Assembly (NCBI GenBank): GCA_001938485.1
Contig: MQRK01238019.1
Location: 10,262-68,945, forward strand
Source of the DNA: Girardia tigrina
Lineage: Eukaryota
Direction: 5' to 3'
DNA length: 58,684 nucleotides
Made by a program: the position numbers and the translations under genes
Notes under the pieces: generated by a model
Databases searched by the model: none
What the model was told of the DNA's origin: nothing
What the model saw: only the letters and a program-made list of their open reading frames with translations
Part shown: one piece after another, positions 10,087 through 23,852 of the stretch
Numbering within the stretch: position 1 is the first letter of the stretch
Layout: each line of letters begins with the position of its first letter

Positions 10087-11828
10087 TAAATATAAAACAG
10101 AATTAATATTATAACAGAAATAATATTATTCCAAGATATGACCAGAACACATCAAATCCTGCAGAATCTATGAATTCTGCACTACAAAAGTTTGTCACAA
10201 AAGATATTTGCAATTTAATTGTTTCAATCAATAATTACAACATGGAATTTTTCAGTACCAGAAGAAATGAAGTTCTTAATGTTTATATTTTTGACAATCA
10301 AACAAAAAGATTATAATCCAATATTGCAATATGCCGACTCTATTTTGTTGAACAGTCAAGCAATGATATATTTTTAGTTAATCTTCTGTATATTATATTA
10401 GGGGTACCCAAATGTTATGTCGTTTTTTATTTATTTTTAGAAACAAAAATAAAACCATATAAAACATTTATTTAATCAGAAAAATAGTCCCCATCGCAAT
10501 CGATGACCTTTTCCCAACGTGATATAAGTTTTTCTATGCCATTAGAAAAAAAGGATTCGTCCTTGGATTCGAAAAACTTCACCAGTCCACTTTGGACATC
10601 ATCCATTGATAGGAATTTTTTACCCTGAAGATAATGTTGCAAAGATCTAAAGAGATGGTAATCCGAAGGGGCCAAGTCAGGAGAGTATGCCGGATGAGGT
10701 AGAACTTCCNNNNNNNNNNNNNNNNNNNNNNNNNNNNNNNNNNNNNNNNNNNNNNNNNNNNNNNNNNNNNNNNNNNNNNNNNNNNNNNNNNNNNNNNNNN
10801 NNNNNNNNNNNNNNNNNNNNNNNNNNNNNNNNNNNNNNNNNNNNNNNNNNNNNNNNNNNNNNNNNNNNNNNNNNNNNNNNNNNNNNNNNNNNNNNNNNNN
10901 NNNNNNNNNNNNNNNNNNNNNNNNNNNNNNNNNNNNNNNNNNNNNNNNNNNNNNNNNNNNNNNNNNNNNNNNNNNNNNNNNNNNNNNNNNNNNNNNNNNN
11001 NNNNNNNNNNNNNNNNNNNNNNNNNNNNNNNNNNNNNNNNNNNNNNNNNNNNNNNNNNNNNNNNNNNNNNNNNNNNNNNNNNNNNNNNNNNNNNNNNNNN
11101 NNNNNNNNNNNNNNNNNNNNNNNNNNNNNNNNNNNNNNNNNNNNNNNNNNNNNNNNNNNNNNNNNNNNNNNNNNNNNNNNNNNNNNNNNNNNNNNNNNNN
11201 NNNNNNNNNNNNNNNNNNNNNNNNNNNNNNNNNNNNNNNNNNNNNNNNNNNNNNNNNNNNNNNNNNNNNNNNNNNNNNNNNNNNNNNNNNNNNNNNNNNN
11301 NNNNNNNNNNNNNNNNNNCTCATCCAATTTGTCTATTTCATCAATAAAATCATATGACATTTTATCTAAAAATAGGCACAAATCAAAGTTAATACACTAA
11401 CTGAAATTAATAAATAAAAATGGTAGAGTCAAAATAACGTAGGCGGCAGTTAAACGATTTAGAAAAATATATCAAAAAAATCGACATAACATTTGGGTAC
11501 CCCTAATATATATCAGATTTTAATTTGAAGACATGTTCTTGTAAAATAATGTGTAAGACAGCCATTTATGCGCTGTGATTCTATTTTTGAGACTAGATCC
11601 GATGATTTTCACTGAAGAATTCTTTATAAGAAGTAACTATTCAAGATCTTATGCAGAGCTAATAGTTCCACTATCATCGCATTGTTTATCCAAAGGCAGT
11701 GTTTTATCTCTTATAGCTAGAAGAGCTAGAGGAAGACCAAGAATAGCTAGATTCAGAGGAGTTGCTGAGAATTAAAAATCATTATTTATGTAATATTATA
11801 TTATAATATTAATTCTGTTTTATATTTA
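10087..11828 (+). mobile_element. Internally deleted MuDR/MULE element with SWIM-type transposase C-half, interrupted by a mariner
   Basis: Perfect 28-bp IR (10087-10114 / 11801-11828); RYDQNTSNPAESMNSAL motif, then after the mariner NLKTCSCK (SWIM start), DPMIF..Y..SY..LIVP and RRARGRPR. Confidence 0.8.
10398..11506 (-). mobile_element. Mariner spanning an assembly gap, nested in the MULE
   Basis: TIRs TTAGGGGTACCCAAATGTTATGTCG at both ends with TA; EVLPHPAYSPDLAPSDYHLFRSLQ...WEKVIDCDGDYFSD. Confidence 0.92.
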
Positions 11829-14789
11829 CGTCAATAAAAAAAGCTGTTTTCTTTTTAAGCAAAAATATTCTATGCTTTATTTATACATAATTATTTATAT
11901 GCATATACATATGTTTATATAAATATAGTCACCACTCCGACTGAGACCATTTATGTTCGGTTGATCTGGCTAGACTGACAAAGTAAATACTATTAATAAA
12001 TATAATTTTTGGGTTCGTGATCAAGAATAAAATTCATAACTCCAAATATTTATTTCTATTACAATTGAATATTTCCAAACAAATTTATGAAGAACAATAT
12101 TTTCTTATTTCGCACAAAACCAGATAACAGAATTTTATTCTAAATATTATTATATACATTTTAGTTATAATTATAAATATTGATATATTCACCAAACATT
12201 TTAATGGTTGTTTTATTATTTTAAAAAAAATCAACTGTTTTAAAAAAATTAATTATTTACAAATAATTTTAAATTTACATTTTCATGTTTTAATATTTAA
12301 AAAATTATCTGTTTAAAAATTACATTTTTTTAAATAAAAGTTTATTAATTAATTTTTGAGAATTGCTTTTTTAAAATTAATTAGAGATATTTTTAATTAT
12401 AATTTTTTTCAAGAACTTTTGATTTTAGATATTTGCTTATTTTAAATATTCAAAATTTTAAGAATGCATCAATCCTCACAAAAATAATTATAAATAAGCT
12501 ACTTATTTAAATTAAAAAACATTGACTTACGATCAGATATGTCACAGGAATGTCTTCATAATTTAGCCATATTTCATATAGAAAATTAAATACGTAGTAT
12601 TTTAGATTTAAAACAATGGTATTAAATTTATTTTTCGGAGAGCCTTTTTGATAAGACTTCGCAAAGGGCTTTTTCACCTACCCACATCTAAAAATGTCCC
12701 TATAGTTTTGATAACAAATTATAATTTTTTTTCGTTTTTTGCGAACGATAAGTTTACTCGATATTTACGATCTAAGGGGGACTACTCTGTCCACTGACCA
12801 TGAAGCTTAGACTGCACCGATTGGAAATGGAGGATCATTGAAAAGGTGACAGATAAGATAAATTATCCAGTTTTTACGTTAAAAATATTCTCTTTTCAGA
12901 AGAATGTTGTTTGTTCATATTTTTTTGTATGTTAAGAAACATCTCGAAATCTGCCGTTTAATTTCTGATGCTTAACTTTACTTATTTCAATTTGTAAACT
13001 GATTCCATTTTCAATTATAAAATAGTTTTACTTCATTTGCTTTTACGATGCAACTTAATTTGAATGGTTACATAAGAAATAATTCGTTTTTAAAATTTAA
13101 GCTCTCTTTTATATTTTAAATTCTTAAATTTAAAACAAATCAGAATATAATCAGTCTATTAGCAAAATAAGAAGAACCACAATTGAACAACGAGAACAAA
13201 TTTAAGCTTTTGATTTAAAAGTTTAGCTAAATATAGAGTATACCAATGGAACAAGTGATAGCTACCCCAAAGCGTGATTATGATGGAAAAATAATAAATG
13301 AGGGTTGCAAAATTTGTCAAGCGTCGCCCTCCAAAGTGGGTAGCTTTGAAATTTTCCCCAAGAGTTAAAGTATCACGAACTCAGAGGTTCACTTGAATTC
13401 TTTGAATAAATCAAAGTTTACCGTTTTTCCATTAAAATTTTTCATCAAACAAAACGGTAAATAACATTGATAGTTATTTTTATTTAAAACAATCTTTAAA
13501 AGGGAAAAGAGCAAATATACATCAATGCCCATGCATGAAGAAATACCATTAGATAAAATCTAAACAAATATACAATTATATAAAATAAAATTAACATATA
13601 ATACTCTCTCTAACGAAAATAATTTTCCATGTGATAATTTATGTTTAAGGTATAGGAGCTATTTTAGAGGTTCATCCAACCAAGTGTTATATTTTATTAA
13701 AAGAGAAGAAGAAGACAAATAAGTGTTATGAAGAAGTAATTAGTTTAGTTCGTTGATCAAAATTTAAATGGTTTTAAAAATTATTTTGAACTGAAATCAA
13801 ATTGAAAATTTTAAAAATTAAGTAGAATGATCATTAAATATTTTAAATTTAAATTTAAAAATATTCTTTATAAATTAATTTGATTCATAATATTTATTTA
13901 GTAAAATAAATAAATTAATTAAAAACAGATAATAGATAAAATAGTATTTTAGAAATAATAATTTATTTGAATTTTATTAAAAGATTTTAAAACAATCTGT
14001 ACATTTATTTTTCAAATTTTGAAATCAATTAAAGATATGAATAAAAATTATAATATTTAAAACATAGAAATATAGAATATTAAATAAACGTAAATTTATA
14101 ATTTTCTTAAATATTTTATAAAAAATTTTAAAATGAAAAATTAAATATTATTTTGATTTGATTTAAAATAAATTTAAAATTATTGGAAAATAGAGATCGG
14201 CAAATTGATTACAAATTTAGGAAATAGTCGAAAATTTTGTTTGAATAATTGTTATTAATAAAATATAAATTGTGTTAAAATGACTTCTGATATTGACGTT
14301 ACAAATACCTCTCACAAGTGTAATATAGGATCAAGGCGGAAGCATATTAAAAGGGATTATAGAAATAGAAGCCAAAATTTTACGAACATCAGATAAGGAA
14401 ACAAATGATCGAGATATTTAATTGATTGGATTTAGACAAATTTCGATTTCTTAAAAATATTATTAGTTAATGTTCTTTTAAGTAAAATATTATATTTATA
14501 AAAATCGCTGCTATGTAATAATATTATCGGAGAGATTCGGCATTGTGACTAAAAAAATAGCGGATGATGTTTTAATAATTGAAAAATATAAACCATTCGA
14601 TTTGATTTTCGTCTTTTCTCTGAGTTGATAAATTCATAAATTTCAAATAATGCCGCGGTATAAAATCAAGATCTTTGATACCCTAAAAGAAATCAAAGAG
14701 ACATAAAATTTAGCGCACATTCATCCGAGATCTAAAAACGTATAAAAATACTCAAAAAACCGACGAAACCGCGTGAAAATCTGCAAGAA

Positions 14790-15142
14790 ACAATTAGCCT
14801 AAATCTAGTGAAATACCCGACGGATTTTCAGGGATCCAAGGATAAATGATAGAGAAGGGAATGTGCCCGAACATGAGACGCGACATCCTCGGTCTCAATT
14901 TTGGACAATTAAATAAATAGCAAAATCGGTTAAATTGGTGTTTTAACAAATAACAAACAATAGCGAAGCTTATGATTGAATGAAGATTGGAATAAGAAAT
15001 ACCAAAGAGACAATAGTAAAACGACTTAAAAGAATGGAGCGGAGGGAACATGGATGGTGCAAATAGAAAACAGTGATGAAGGCTTGGGTATAATTGGGTG
15101 CCCCCATAGCCTAACAGCTAAAGTCCAAAAGAAGAAGAAGAA
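14790..15142 (+). mobile_element. RTE-clade LINE 3' fragment
   Basis: Decayed QNRLNW and PKRQ**NDLKEWSG motifs, ends in an (AAG)n tail. Confidence 0.55.
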
Positions 15143-16849
15143 AAGTACAGTGGTTTAATTTATCAATAAAAGCAGATATTTATCAAAATTCATTATTTAC
15201 AAAGACGTTAATTAAATTATTTATTATTTGAAATTATCAATATTATATAAAACAAGAAGAACAGCCTCCAAAAACCAGGAAATTTCTTCAGAAATCTAAG
15301 TCTATCAAATTTAGTAATATTGATTCAAAAAACTATCCCAATTTTTAAATCGAATCGTTAAGCAAAAATTTTAATTAAATATAAATTTAATTAATGAAAA
15401 AAAATATTTTTTTTTAAATTTACATTTAGGAAATTTTGAATGTTAACTTTAATAGTTGAGATAATATTAAACAAAATAAAACCTTAAAAGAAAGATTATT
15501 TTTTTGCACAAAAAAAGACATAAAAGTTTTGTTTTTTTCCCATAAATAAATTGTGAAAAATATTTGAATTAATTAAGATTAGCAAATTAATTTACTTGAC
15601 GATAATTATTGAAAATTTGAAAATTTATGAATAAATTATAATGTAAATTTAAATCAAGTGTTTTGTTTTTAGATAAAAGAGATAAATATATTTATTATTT
15701 TCTTCAGAAAAACAAAAAATTTAATAAATTATTGCAAAGAATTTTAAATTTAAAATACTCTATTTTTCTCCGAAATAACTTTTTTATTAAAAAAAATCAT
15801 TTTTCTTAATATTCTCTAAATTTGATGCTATACTTTTAACGTTATTATTATTGATCAAGCCTTGACCCTAACCTTGATCATCAAGGTATTTGTTAGGTAA
15901 GCGGTAAGCTAGAATTTTTTTTAATTTTAAAAAGAAAAATGTAAAACATATTAAAAGGATAATTCATTGAATTCTATAATGTACGATTTAAAATCTTGGA
16001 TTAAAATGAAAGTTTAAAAATCATTGTTGAAAACATTTACATAAGCTATAAAGTAAATAAGTGAATATTATTTAAAATAAAAGATTTTAAAATAATAAAT
16101 TAAATACTTTTGAGATGAAACCAAAGAAATGTTAAAAATATTTAAACAGAATTAATAGTTTCACAAATTAAATACAAAATAAAAATGAAGTGATTCATGA
16201 ATGTATAAAATTAAAATTTTTTACCACGTTTTTATTAGCTTGCTTTCTTGTCTGGAACAAATCTTGTGATTGATTTTTCGACCACTTTCAGTCATCCAAT
16301 TGAGCTGAATTTTTTTATACTGGCTTGCTTCCGATGATAATACAATATTTTAAAACATTTACGGCTCTACAGAAACCGCACATGCTATAATTTAACTTTA
16401 TGAAAAAAATCAATAATATTAATTAATACGTACAAAAAAATTATTTTGAAATAAAACTTGCTTTTATTAATATAAAACTTTGTTATTTTGGTTTTATTAT
16501 CATTTCTGTTCGGAGTTCCCAAACAATAATTATTGCAAGATATAAGTAGTTTATATTAATTTTTAATGTGCTTTTTTAATTAATTTAAAAAATTTATGGT
16601 TCTGTTCCCAAATTATGCATTGCGAATAAATTCATAACTAAAAGATTCATTTATTTTAAATTTTGATACTTCTTATTAAAATTTATTTTAAAATATCTCT
16701 TTAATTTAGTAACCAGGCATAAGCACAAACGAAAAAAAAATACATAGAAAAAACCCCACAAAGATAAAAACACACATGAAGAAAAACCCAACATGATGAA
16801 ATGACACATAAAAAATAACTAATAATCAACACATTTATGTAACACATAA

Positions 16850-17495
16850 AGAGAAAAGTCTTTTATAGTTAAATGTTAAATTTGTAGTGGTTTATTATAA
16901 TTTCAAATTAACTAGCAAATCAAAAAATTAAATTTTTTATATCCATTATTTATGCAGACAGAAGTCTATTTTGCCAACAAAGTTTTTAAAATTTAAAAAA
17001 TTTTAATTAAGGAACAATAAAAAATTAATTTGGATAATATTAACAATTTCACGTAAAATAATACTTCATTAGTCAGTAATTCAGGACAAATAGAAGTGCA
17101 ATTGCACAATAATCAGTGATGGATTGATTGGAATACACACCTGCGCACGCATACACAGATCGGCATCTGCACTCATCATTGACACACAACATACGCACAC
17201 ACGGGAGATGGAGACTCAGCCTACGAATTTATAGACACAAAAAATTAACATAAACTACTTATAATTTATACGTAGAATTTTTTAATTAATAATGTTCAAG
17301 AACTCTGAATTTTCCGTTTTTATCCCATTTTGGGACCTTAAAAAGTTTTTTTGATCAAATTTTTACATAATCATTTATTTGATAAAATTTGAAAAAATTG
17401 AGTAAAAGACCTTCAAAAATAGGTTTCTAATTTCCATGGATATATATATATATATATATAGAAAGTAAGCAAATAAAAAGAATGGAAAAAATTAA
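16850..17495 (+). repeat. Dispersed non-coding repeat family (copies also ~22525-22900 minus, ~29530-30020, ~16220-16600)
   Basis: Shared TTTTCCGTTTTT.CCCATTTTGGGACCTTAAAAAG and (TA)n-GAAAGTAAGC.AATAAAAAGAATGG blocks; class unknown, possibly Helentron/DINE-like. Confidence 0.65.
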
Positions 17496-17570
17496 GAAAA
17501 ACACATTGTAATAAAAATAGGTTGTTTTAATAATTATTTTTTCTTAAATATTCATTTTTAAATTTAAGTA

Positions 17571-18233
17571 CAGTAAGTCCCCGACTAACGCGTTTTCCAC
17601 TTACGCGGTCAGTAAATGTATATGTAAAATAAATAAATATTTATTAAATATCTAAGTTTATATTACAATAAATTTTGCATGTTTTGAATTTAAATATCTC
17701 GAAATAATTCGAAAAATAGATCACCTTTCTTACAATCACAAACAATACACTGAAAATAAAATTTTAAATTTAATTAGATTTCAAACGCTCCTTGAATTCA
17801 TTTAATTCTAGGTCTTCCGATAATCTACTTTCGTTGAAATTTGAATTAAAATCAATGGATAAGTTTTTCAAATATATTTTTCGAATTTATGAACTATAAA
17901 GTTATTTAAAACAAGAAGAAAAACACCGCAGTTCAAACCTCACTTGACAATTTATTTTTTTTCCGAAATCAGCATCAACAGTAGCAGACGACGAGAACAG
18001 TCAAAAGTGACAGAGCCTCGATGTACAATGTACATATATGTGCCAATAACACTAAAGATACACTCTAAAATATACATATAAATAAATTACATGTATTAAA
18101 TTTATTGTAAATATTGATATGTACATGTTTATAATATTTAATATACGTGTACAATAAATCCCGATATTCGCGGTTTTTCGACTTGCACGGACAATCTAGG
18201 AACGAAATAACCACGAAAGTTGAGGACTTACTG
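17571..18233. mobile_element. pogo/Tigger-like non-autonomous element
   Basis: TA|CAGTAAGTCCCCGACT ... AGTTGAGGACTTACTG|TA. Confidence 0.75.
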
Positions 18234-19009
18234 TACATACTGTTAATTTATATATTATATTTATTAATTGTCTTTTTCAGTCAAACATGGAGTTTACGAA
18301 CTATTTTGTGTATTAATAATATGTAATTATGTAGGCGTATCTTAATATGATACCTAAGCTTTACATATTACATTCTAAATCTTATTTAAATTTAAGTCTA
18401 TAATATTAGAAATTAATATTAAAATATTATAACAGCTTATATTTTCAATTAATTAATAAAATAACAAATTAAAATTAATTAATATTTGATTAAATAATAA
18501 ATTGATTATTTTTTCATTATAAATAGAATTTTTTTGAATTAAAAAAATTAATGACTTTTTTTATCATTTATTTGTTTGTTTCATGTGATTAAAACAGATT
18601 TTGAAAAAAAATAATAATATTTTCTTAAAAAGAAAATTAATTTTATGCTTCACGGAAATTAAATTTTAGTTTATCGAGATAAAAGTAATAATTTTTATTT
18701 AAACTGAAAAAAATTTATCACTTAAAATATAGGAAAAACAGTACTGAAAATTCAATCACATAAATATTTTATTTATTTGTATAAATAATTAAATTTTGCG
18801 AATAATAAATTAATCATATACAAAAGAGAGATAAAAAGTGAACGTGAGACATTTGATGTAACCTGTTTGAAGATTCTTCCTTATCATCATACAAAATTCA
18901 AATATGAATATTCATTTACAATAAAGAAATCTAAAACATAAATACTGAAATTTGTAGACCTAAAATCAAAATTTATTGATAATTTAGCAATGCAAATATT
19001 TATGTCTTT

Positions 19010-19270
19010 AATCAAAGTATGCACCCATATTATATATACACTTTTGCTATTTGAGCGGTAGCTTGTTGAGGACATTTGAATAAAAATTTGATGGACGATA
19101 ATCTATAAATTCCAGGAGGGCCCTTCCTCAATGGACTCATCTGAATTGAATTTAAAAAGTTATCAAATTGAGGAAGAAATGGTATTCCGATGGAGTGGTG
19201 AATATGGATGATGATAAAGAAGTTCTGACTCATATTCCTGTTGTTTTGTCGGTGTGCGGAACTAATTTCG
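19010..19270 (-). mobile_element. Mariner 3' fragment, decayed
   Basis: HHPYSP...SEYHF-like motif and GIYRL..; G.YF at the end. Confidence 0.55.
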
Positions 19271-19433
19271 TAAAAGAACTAATTTAGCTAAATAATTAAT
19301 TTCGCTAAATATTTAATTTTATACATTAATTTTATATATTTTAGTTATATTCAATTGTTGTTTAGTGTATGGATTATTTGTCTATATTTTTAATATTTCC
19401 TAATTAATGTAGTAGTAAAAATAGAATTACATT

Positions 19434-19639
19434 TGTTAGAAGACTTCGAGACTGTCATAATATTTATTAAACACAATAAAATGAGGAATATCATCAGTAT
19501 ATATATTGATTAATGTCGTCATCAATCTGGGTCAAACATACACTCATTCATTTCACCATACACACTATTTCGGTCATGACCTATTACACAACAATACAAA
19601 GATCAGACCTAGAACATTCCATACATAAATTACGCAACA
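19434..19639 (-). mobile_element. Candidate solo LTR
   Basis: TGTT...AACA termini, TATA-like and AATAAA on the minus strand, TACAT-like flanks (TSD off by one base). Confidence 0.4.
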
Positions 19640-21049
19640 TACATTTATTAGTTTCGATAATAATTCTCCTCACAACATAATTATTAAAATTATTAATTAC
19701 CTTAACAGCAAATATTTATTTTATTTATTTGTGTAATTTGAAGGATTAATTTACCTTTTAACAATTTTACTTTAATTTTTATAATTTTCAATTAATTAAT
19801 TTTTTCTACAATATCGGGTTTCATTAAAATATCAGCATTAATAATAATATCAGCATTAGTGAAATTACTCCACTAACGAAATTAATTAAGAATATAAAAT
19901 CACAAATGAAAATGTTTAAAGGATAAAATTTTATTAAAAGAAATGTTAAGAAACTATTTTTTTTAAATTCGAAAAAAAAGAAGTAATAAATAAGTATTCG
20001 TATTTATATTACATTATTTTTATGTATAAAAAGTTTGTTCAAAATAAAATTTGTTTCAAATATATGTTATTGTGTTGAATTAATATAATTTTGGTTTTAC
20101 GATTTCAACTTTTGTTATCGATCCTAACCGTTCGAACATTAATACTGATGGAAGTTCATTCTTATGTATTATCAGTCTTTTATTTAGTAATATTTATTTT
20201 ATATTATTATTTTCCTTAGTAGTTTTCATTTGATTTTTCTTCATTCTTGATGGGTATAGAAAGCATACTTGGCAAATTCCATTTAAAAATTTCTTCAACG
20301 CTTCTTTTCTTCAGTCAATGAATTCTCCCTAAAACATTCATAAAATTTTAAGCCACTTTTACGTCTAACAATGAAAAGCAATTCAATAAGCCATGTAAAC
20401 CGAATGGAAAATATTTAAACTTGCAATATCTGGCGGCTGGGCAATAATTTGTGTTTCTGTCTTCCACAAAGTAAATTATTATTAGTAGCATAATCATTTT
20501 CATCAAAGGCAATTTCTTCAATAACCCATGAGACTCGTTAAATAATAGTTTAATGATGTTTGGGCGACTTATTAATAAAAGTTTAATGTATTTATATGAC
20601 TACGTTGTCTGAATTCGAAGATGGGAATGCCAGTGAGACATAATATTTCATTTTGGACGGATGGACACATCGGAAAAGAGTTTGTTTCAATAAGATTAAC
20701 TATATTCTTTTCTATAAGTAAAGAGATTAAATAATAATCATTCATAATATTTTGTTTTTTATTTGATCAATTTATTTCAATATCAGAACGAAAACCTTTA
20801 AATTGATGTTACAATTTTAATTTATTCAGGTTTTATTCAGAAGTCTCTTTATTATTTTAATTGACTATAAAAATTATTAAGAATATAAATGACAAAATCT
20901 TTGCTTTTATTCGAATCGCCACAATTAAAATGTGCGGTGATTATTTTACCATTTTCAAATCATCAATTTAATATGAGTGAGATGCGAATTATAGTACTAA
21001 AATGAATTAATCGAAAACTATTTTAAAAAAATCTGCATTAAAATATTAT

Positions 21050-22070
21050 AATTTAATAAAACAGCATCTCGAAGTTCATTCCTCCAGATGCAATGATGTT
21101 TCTAATTCGTTTTTCAAACCATTCAATGACCTTTACCATCATTTCAGGTTTTATCTGCTCAATATTTGAAGAAATAGCGCTCTTCAATTTATCAAGAGTT
21201 TGTTGCCAATTACAGTAGATACTGTCTTCGAGATAACCCCAAAGAAACCATTTGCAAGAATTGAGGTCCAGAAAGTAAGGTTGACTTTCTATTCCTCCTC
21301 CAGACTATTTTGGAGAATCAAAGTCCAAATTCATTTCAAAAAAGCGTAAAAACGTCTTTGGTTCGATGCGTATATGTTCCGTCCTACATCAACCGAAATT
21401 CTTCCACCATGCCAAATTCCCTCATCTGTGGAAGTGCTTCTTTGTGGTGATAAACCACTCCAGTAACAGTAGATTCGATCAATATCGGTCCAATAATAGT
21501 TTCAAGTGAGATGGTACACCTTAATATTAGCCTTCTTGATTATAATGGTTTTACAATCATTACATGTGGACATTCTCGTCCCCAGTATCGCTTGTTCTGC
21601 TTGTTGACAAAGCTATGCAGGTGAAAATGAGCTTCGTCACTAAACTAGATTTTCTGGATATTGGTAGACTTCTCTTCCATCAACGTAATAATCGCTTTAG
21701 CAAATTCAAATCACTGTTTTGAAGCATTGGCCAAAATGGGCTGCGTTATTTGAAACCTGTTTTGGAAGAGGTCCAGGTCGAGTTTCATGATGCGTTGTAA
21801 AGAAAATCTGCTTATTCTTTGAGAAGCAGTTTGGTTATCTTGGAGACAGGTTTTGACTCTCGATATTTTTGTTGATCGATTTGTTTTTTTATATTTCATG
21901 GAAACACTCCCTATATGTTAAAATTTATTTATTAATCATGATAGGTCAAATATTTAATGCAGTGAGACGATCAAAACTTCCTTTTAAAAGCTGCGATGGT
22001 CTTGATTACATCCTTGTTGTTTAAATAATATTCCTCTACGATAAATATACAATGATGATGTGGCATTATT
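21050..22070 (-). mobile_element. Decayed DD41D-type transposase
   Basis: FSDEAHFHLHSFVNKQNKRYWG; DLNSCKWFLWGYLEDSIY...LKSAI; many stops. Confidence 0.8.
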
Positions 22071-23163
22071 ATTTTGTAGCGAGCCACATTGGTAAAATGA
22101 ATTTGAAATAAAATAATCGCGAAAAATGGTGAAAACTATAAAAATCGACAAAGACTATGAAGCGTGATCGAGTAAAATAAAGAAGCAATGATCGAAAGGG
22201 AAGATATAAGAATAAATTTTGAGGGAAAATCGAATCATTACGTTTGTTGTCTTAATTTTGGGCTGTCCTGTATAAAGGATATTCCTTTTTATAAAACAGT
22301 CTTCAAAATGGTAAATCATTTAAAAAACTTGCGGTGTTATCTTTTAACACAAATATATCCGTCCAAGGGAAACATATGAATAATAAATTAAAATTGTTAA
22401 GGTGCTCATTAAGTCTTGAGACTGTATTTATTTAAAAGAATTCAAAGACAACTATTTACAAATGACACTACACATATCCTCAAACTAAAGTATTAACTTG
22501 TGCCAGTTAATACTTGTTTTTATGTTTTTTCCATTCTTATATATATCCATGGAATTTAGAAACCTGTTTTCGAATGTCTTTTACTCAATCGATTTTCTTC
22601 AAAATTTACACACTCACTCATACTGGATGACAATAAATGATTATGTAAAAATATGATTGAAAAAAAATTTTTAAGATCCCAAAATGGGGAAAAACTGAAA
22701 ATTCGGAGTTCCCAAACAATATTAATGGCAGATATCTACTTATAAATTATAAGTAGTTTATATTAATTTTTAATGTTTTTTTAAATAAAACTTTTTAAAT
22801 TTTAAAACTTTGTTGACAAAGTAGAGTTCTGTGTGCATAAAGAATGGATATAAAAATTAATTAATTTTTTGATTTACTAGTTTCAAAATTACAACAATGT
22901 TTTCACTAAAGTTAATTTAACGATGGAAATCAATGGTTTCATTTATGTCAATAACACCAAAGAAAAATATATAAAATTATATAATGAGAGAAGCAGTAGA
23001 TGTATTTTTATTTAGTGGTGTTTGTCTAGATACTTTAGCATGATGTTCGTTTGTAGATAACCAAATTTTTTTTTTCTGATTTCAAGGACCATAGTAGGCA
23101 TTTTTAATCCCAGCGATTTTGAATCCCACTGTTTCTATTTGTTTCTACAATTTGCAGAAATAG

Positions 23164-23852
23164 TGTAATTGCCGAGTTTATGAACTAGTCAATTTTTGAC
23201 GAATTCACTAACTAAATGAAACATTTTCATTTTATTATGAAAATTTCTCATTTAAAAATAAAATTTTTATATATTTAATATATATTTAATATATATAAAT
23301 TCTCCATATATTTAATATGGAAAAATATCAATTTAAAATGAAAAAATTAATTTATTATGAAAATTTCTGTATTTAAAATGAGAGAATATAAATTAAATTT
23401 GAAAAAATCTTAATTCATTATGCAAAATAGACTCCAAATGTAAAATTTTATTCTTAGTTATTGAAAATTTTGAATTGCAAACGTGTTTTGTTAAAAACTT
23501 GTTTTCATATTAAATTAATAATTTTTTATATTAAATTGATATCTTTTATATTAAATACATATTTTTATATTAAGTACAATTTTTCATATTACATACATAT
23601 TTTTTATATTAAATTGATAATTTTTCAAATTAAATCGATATGTTTTCATATTAAATACAGAACTTTTCATATTTAATTGATAATTTTTCATAATAAAAAT
23701 TGATATTTTTCATATTTGATTGATATTTTTTTCATACTAAATCGATTTTTTTCATATTAAATACATATTTTTTTCAAAATTAAATTAAAATTTTTTAAAA
23801 ATATTGCCGAGTTGGTGAATTAAGCAAGTCGGTCGCTTAATTCGGCATAACA
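23164..23852. mobile_element. Fold-back element with internal oppositely oriented AT-rich minisatellite
   Basis: TGTAATTGCCGAGTT..GAATTCACTAACT vs AGTTGGTGAATT..AATTCGGCATAACA; ~23-bp TTTTCATATTAAATTGATA units. Confidence 0.55.

Noticed and set aside
10677-11400. Long ORFs in the ORF track
   Set aside because: Artefacts of N runs; the same applies at 25481-25768, 29851-30132 and 43768-44116
20150-20750. Coding-like decayed segment
   Set aside because: No recognisable motif in any frame I read
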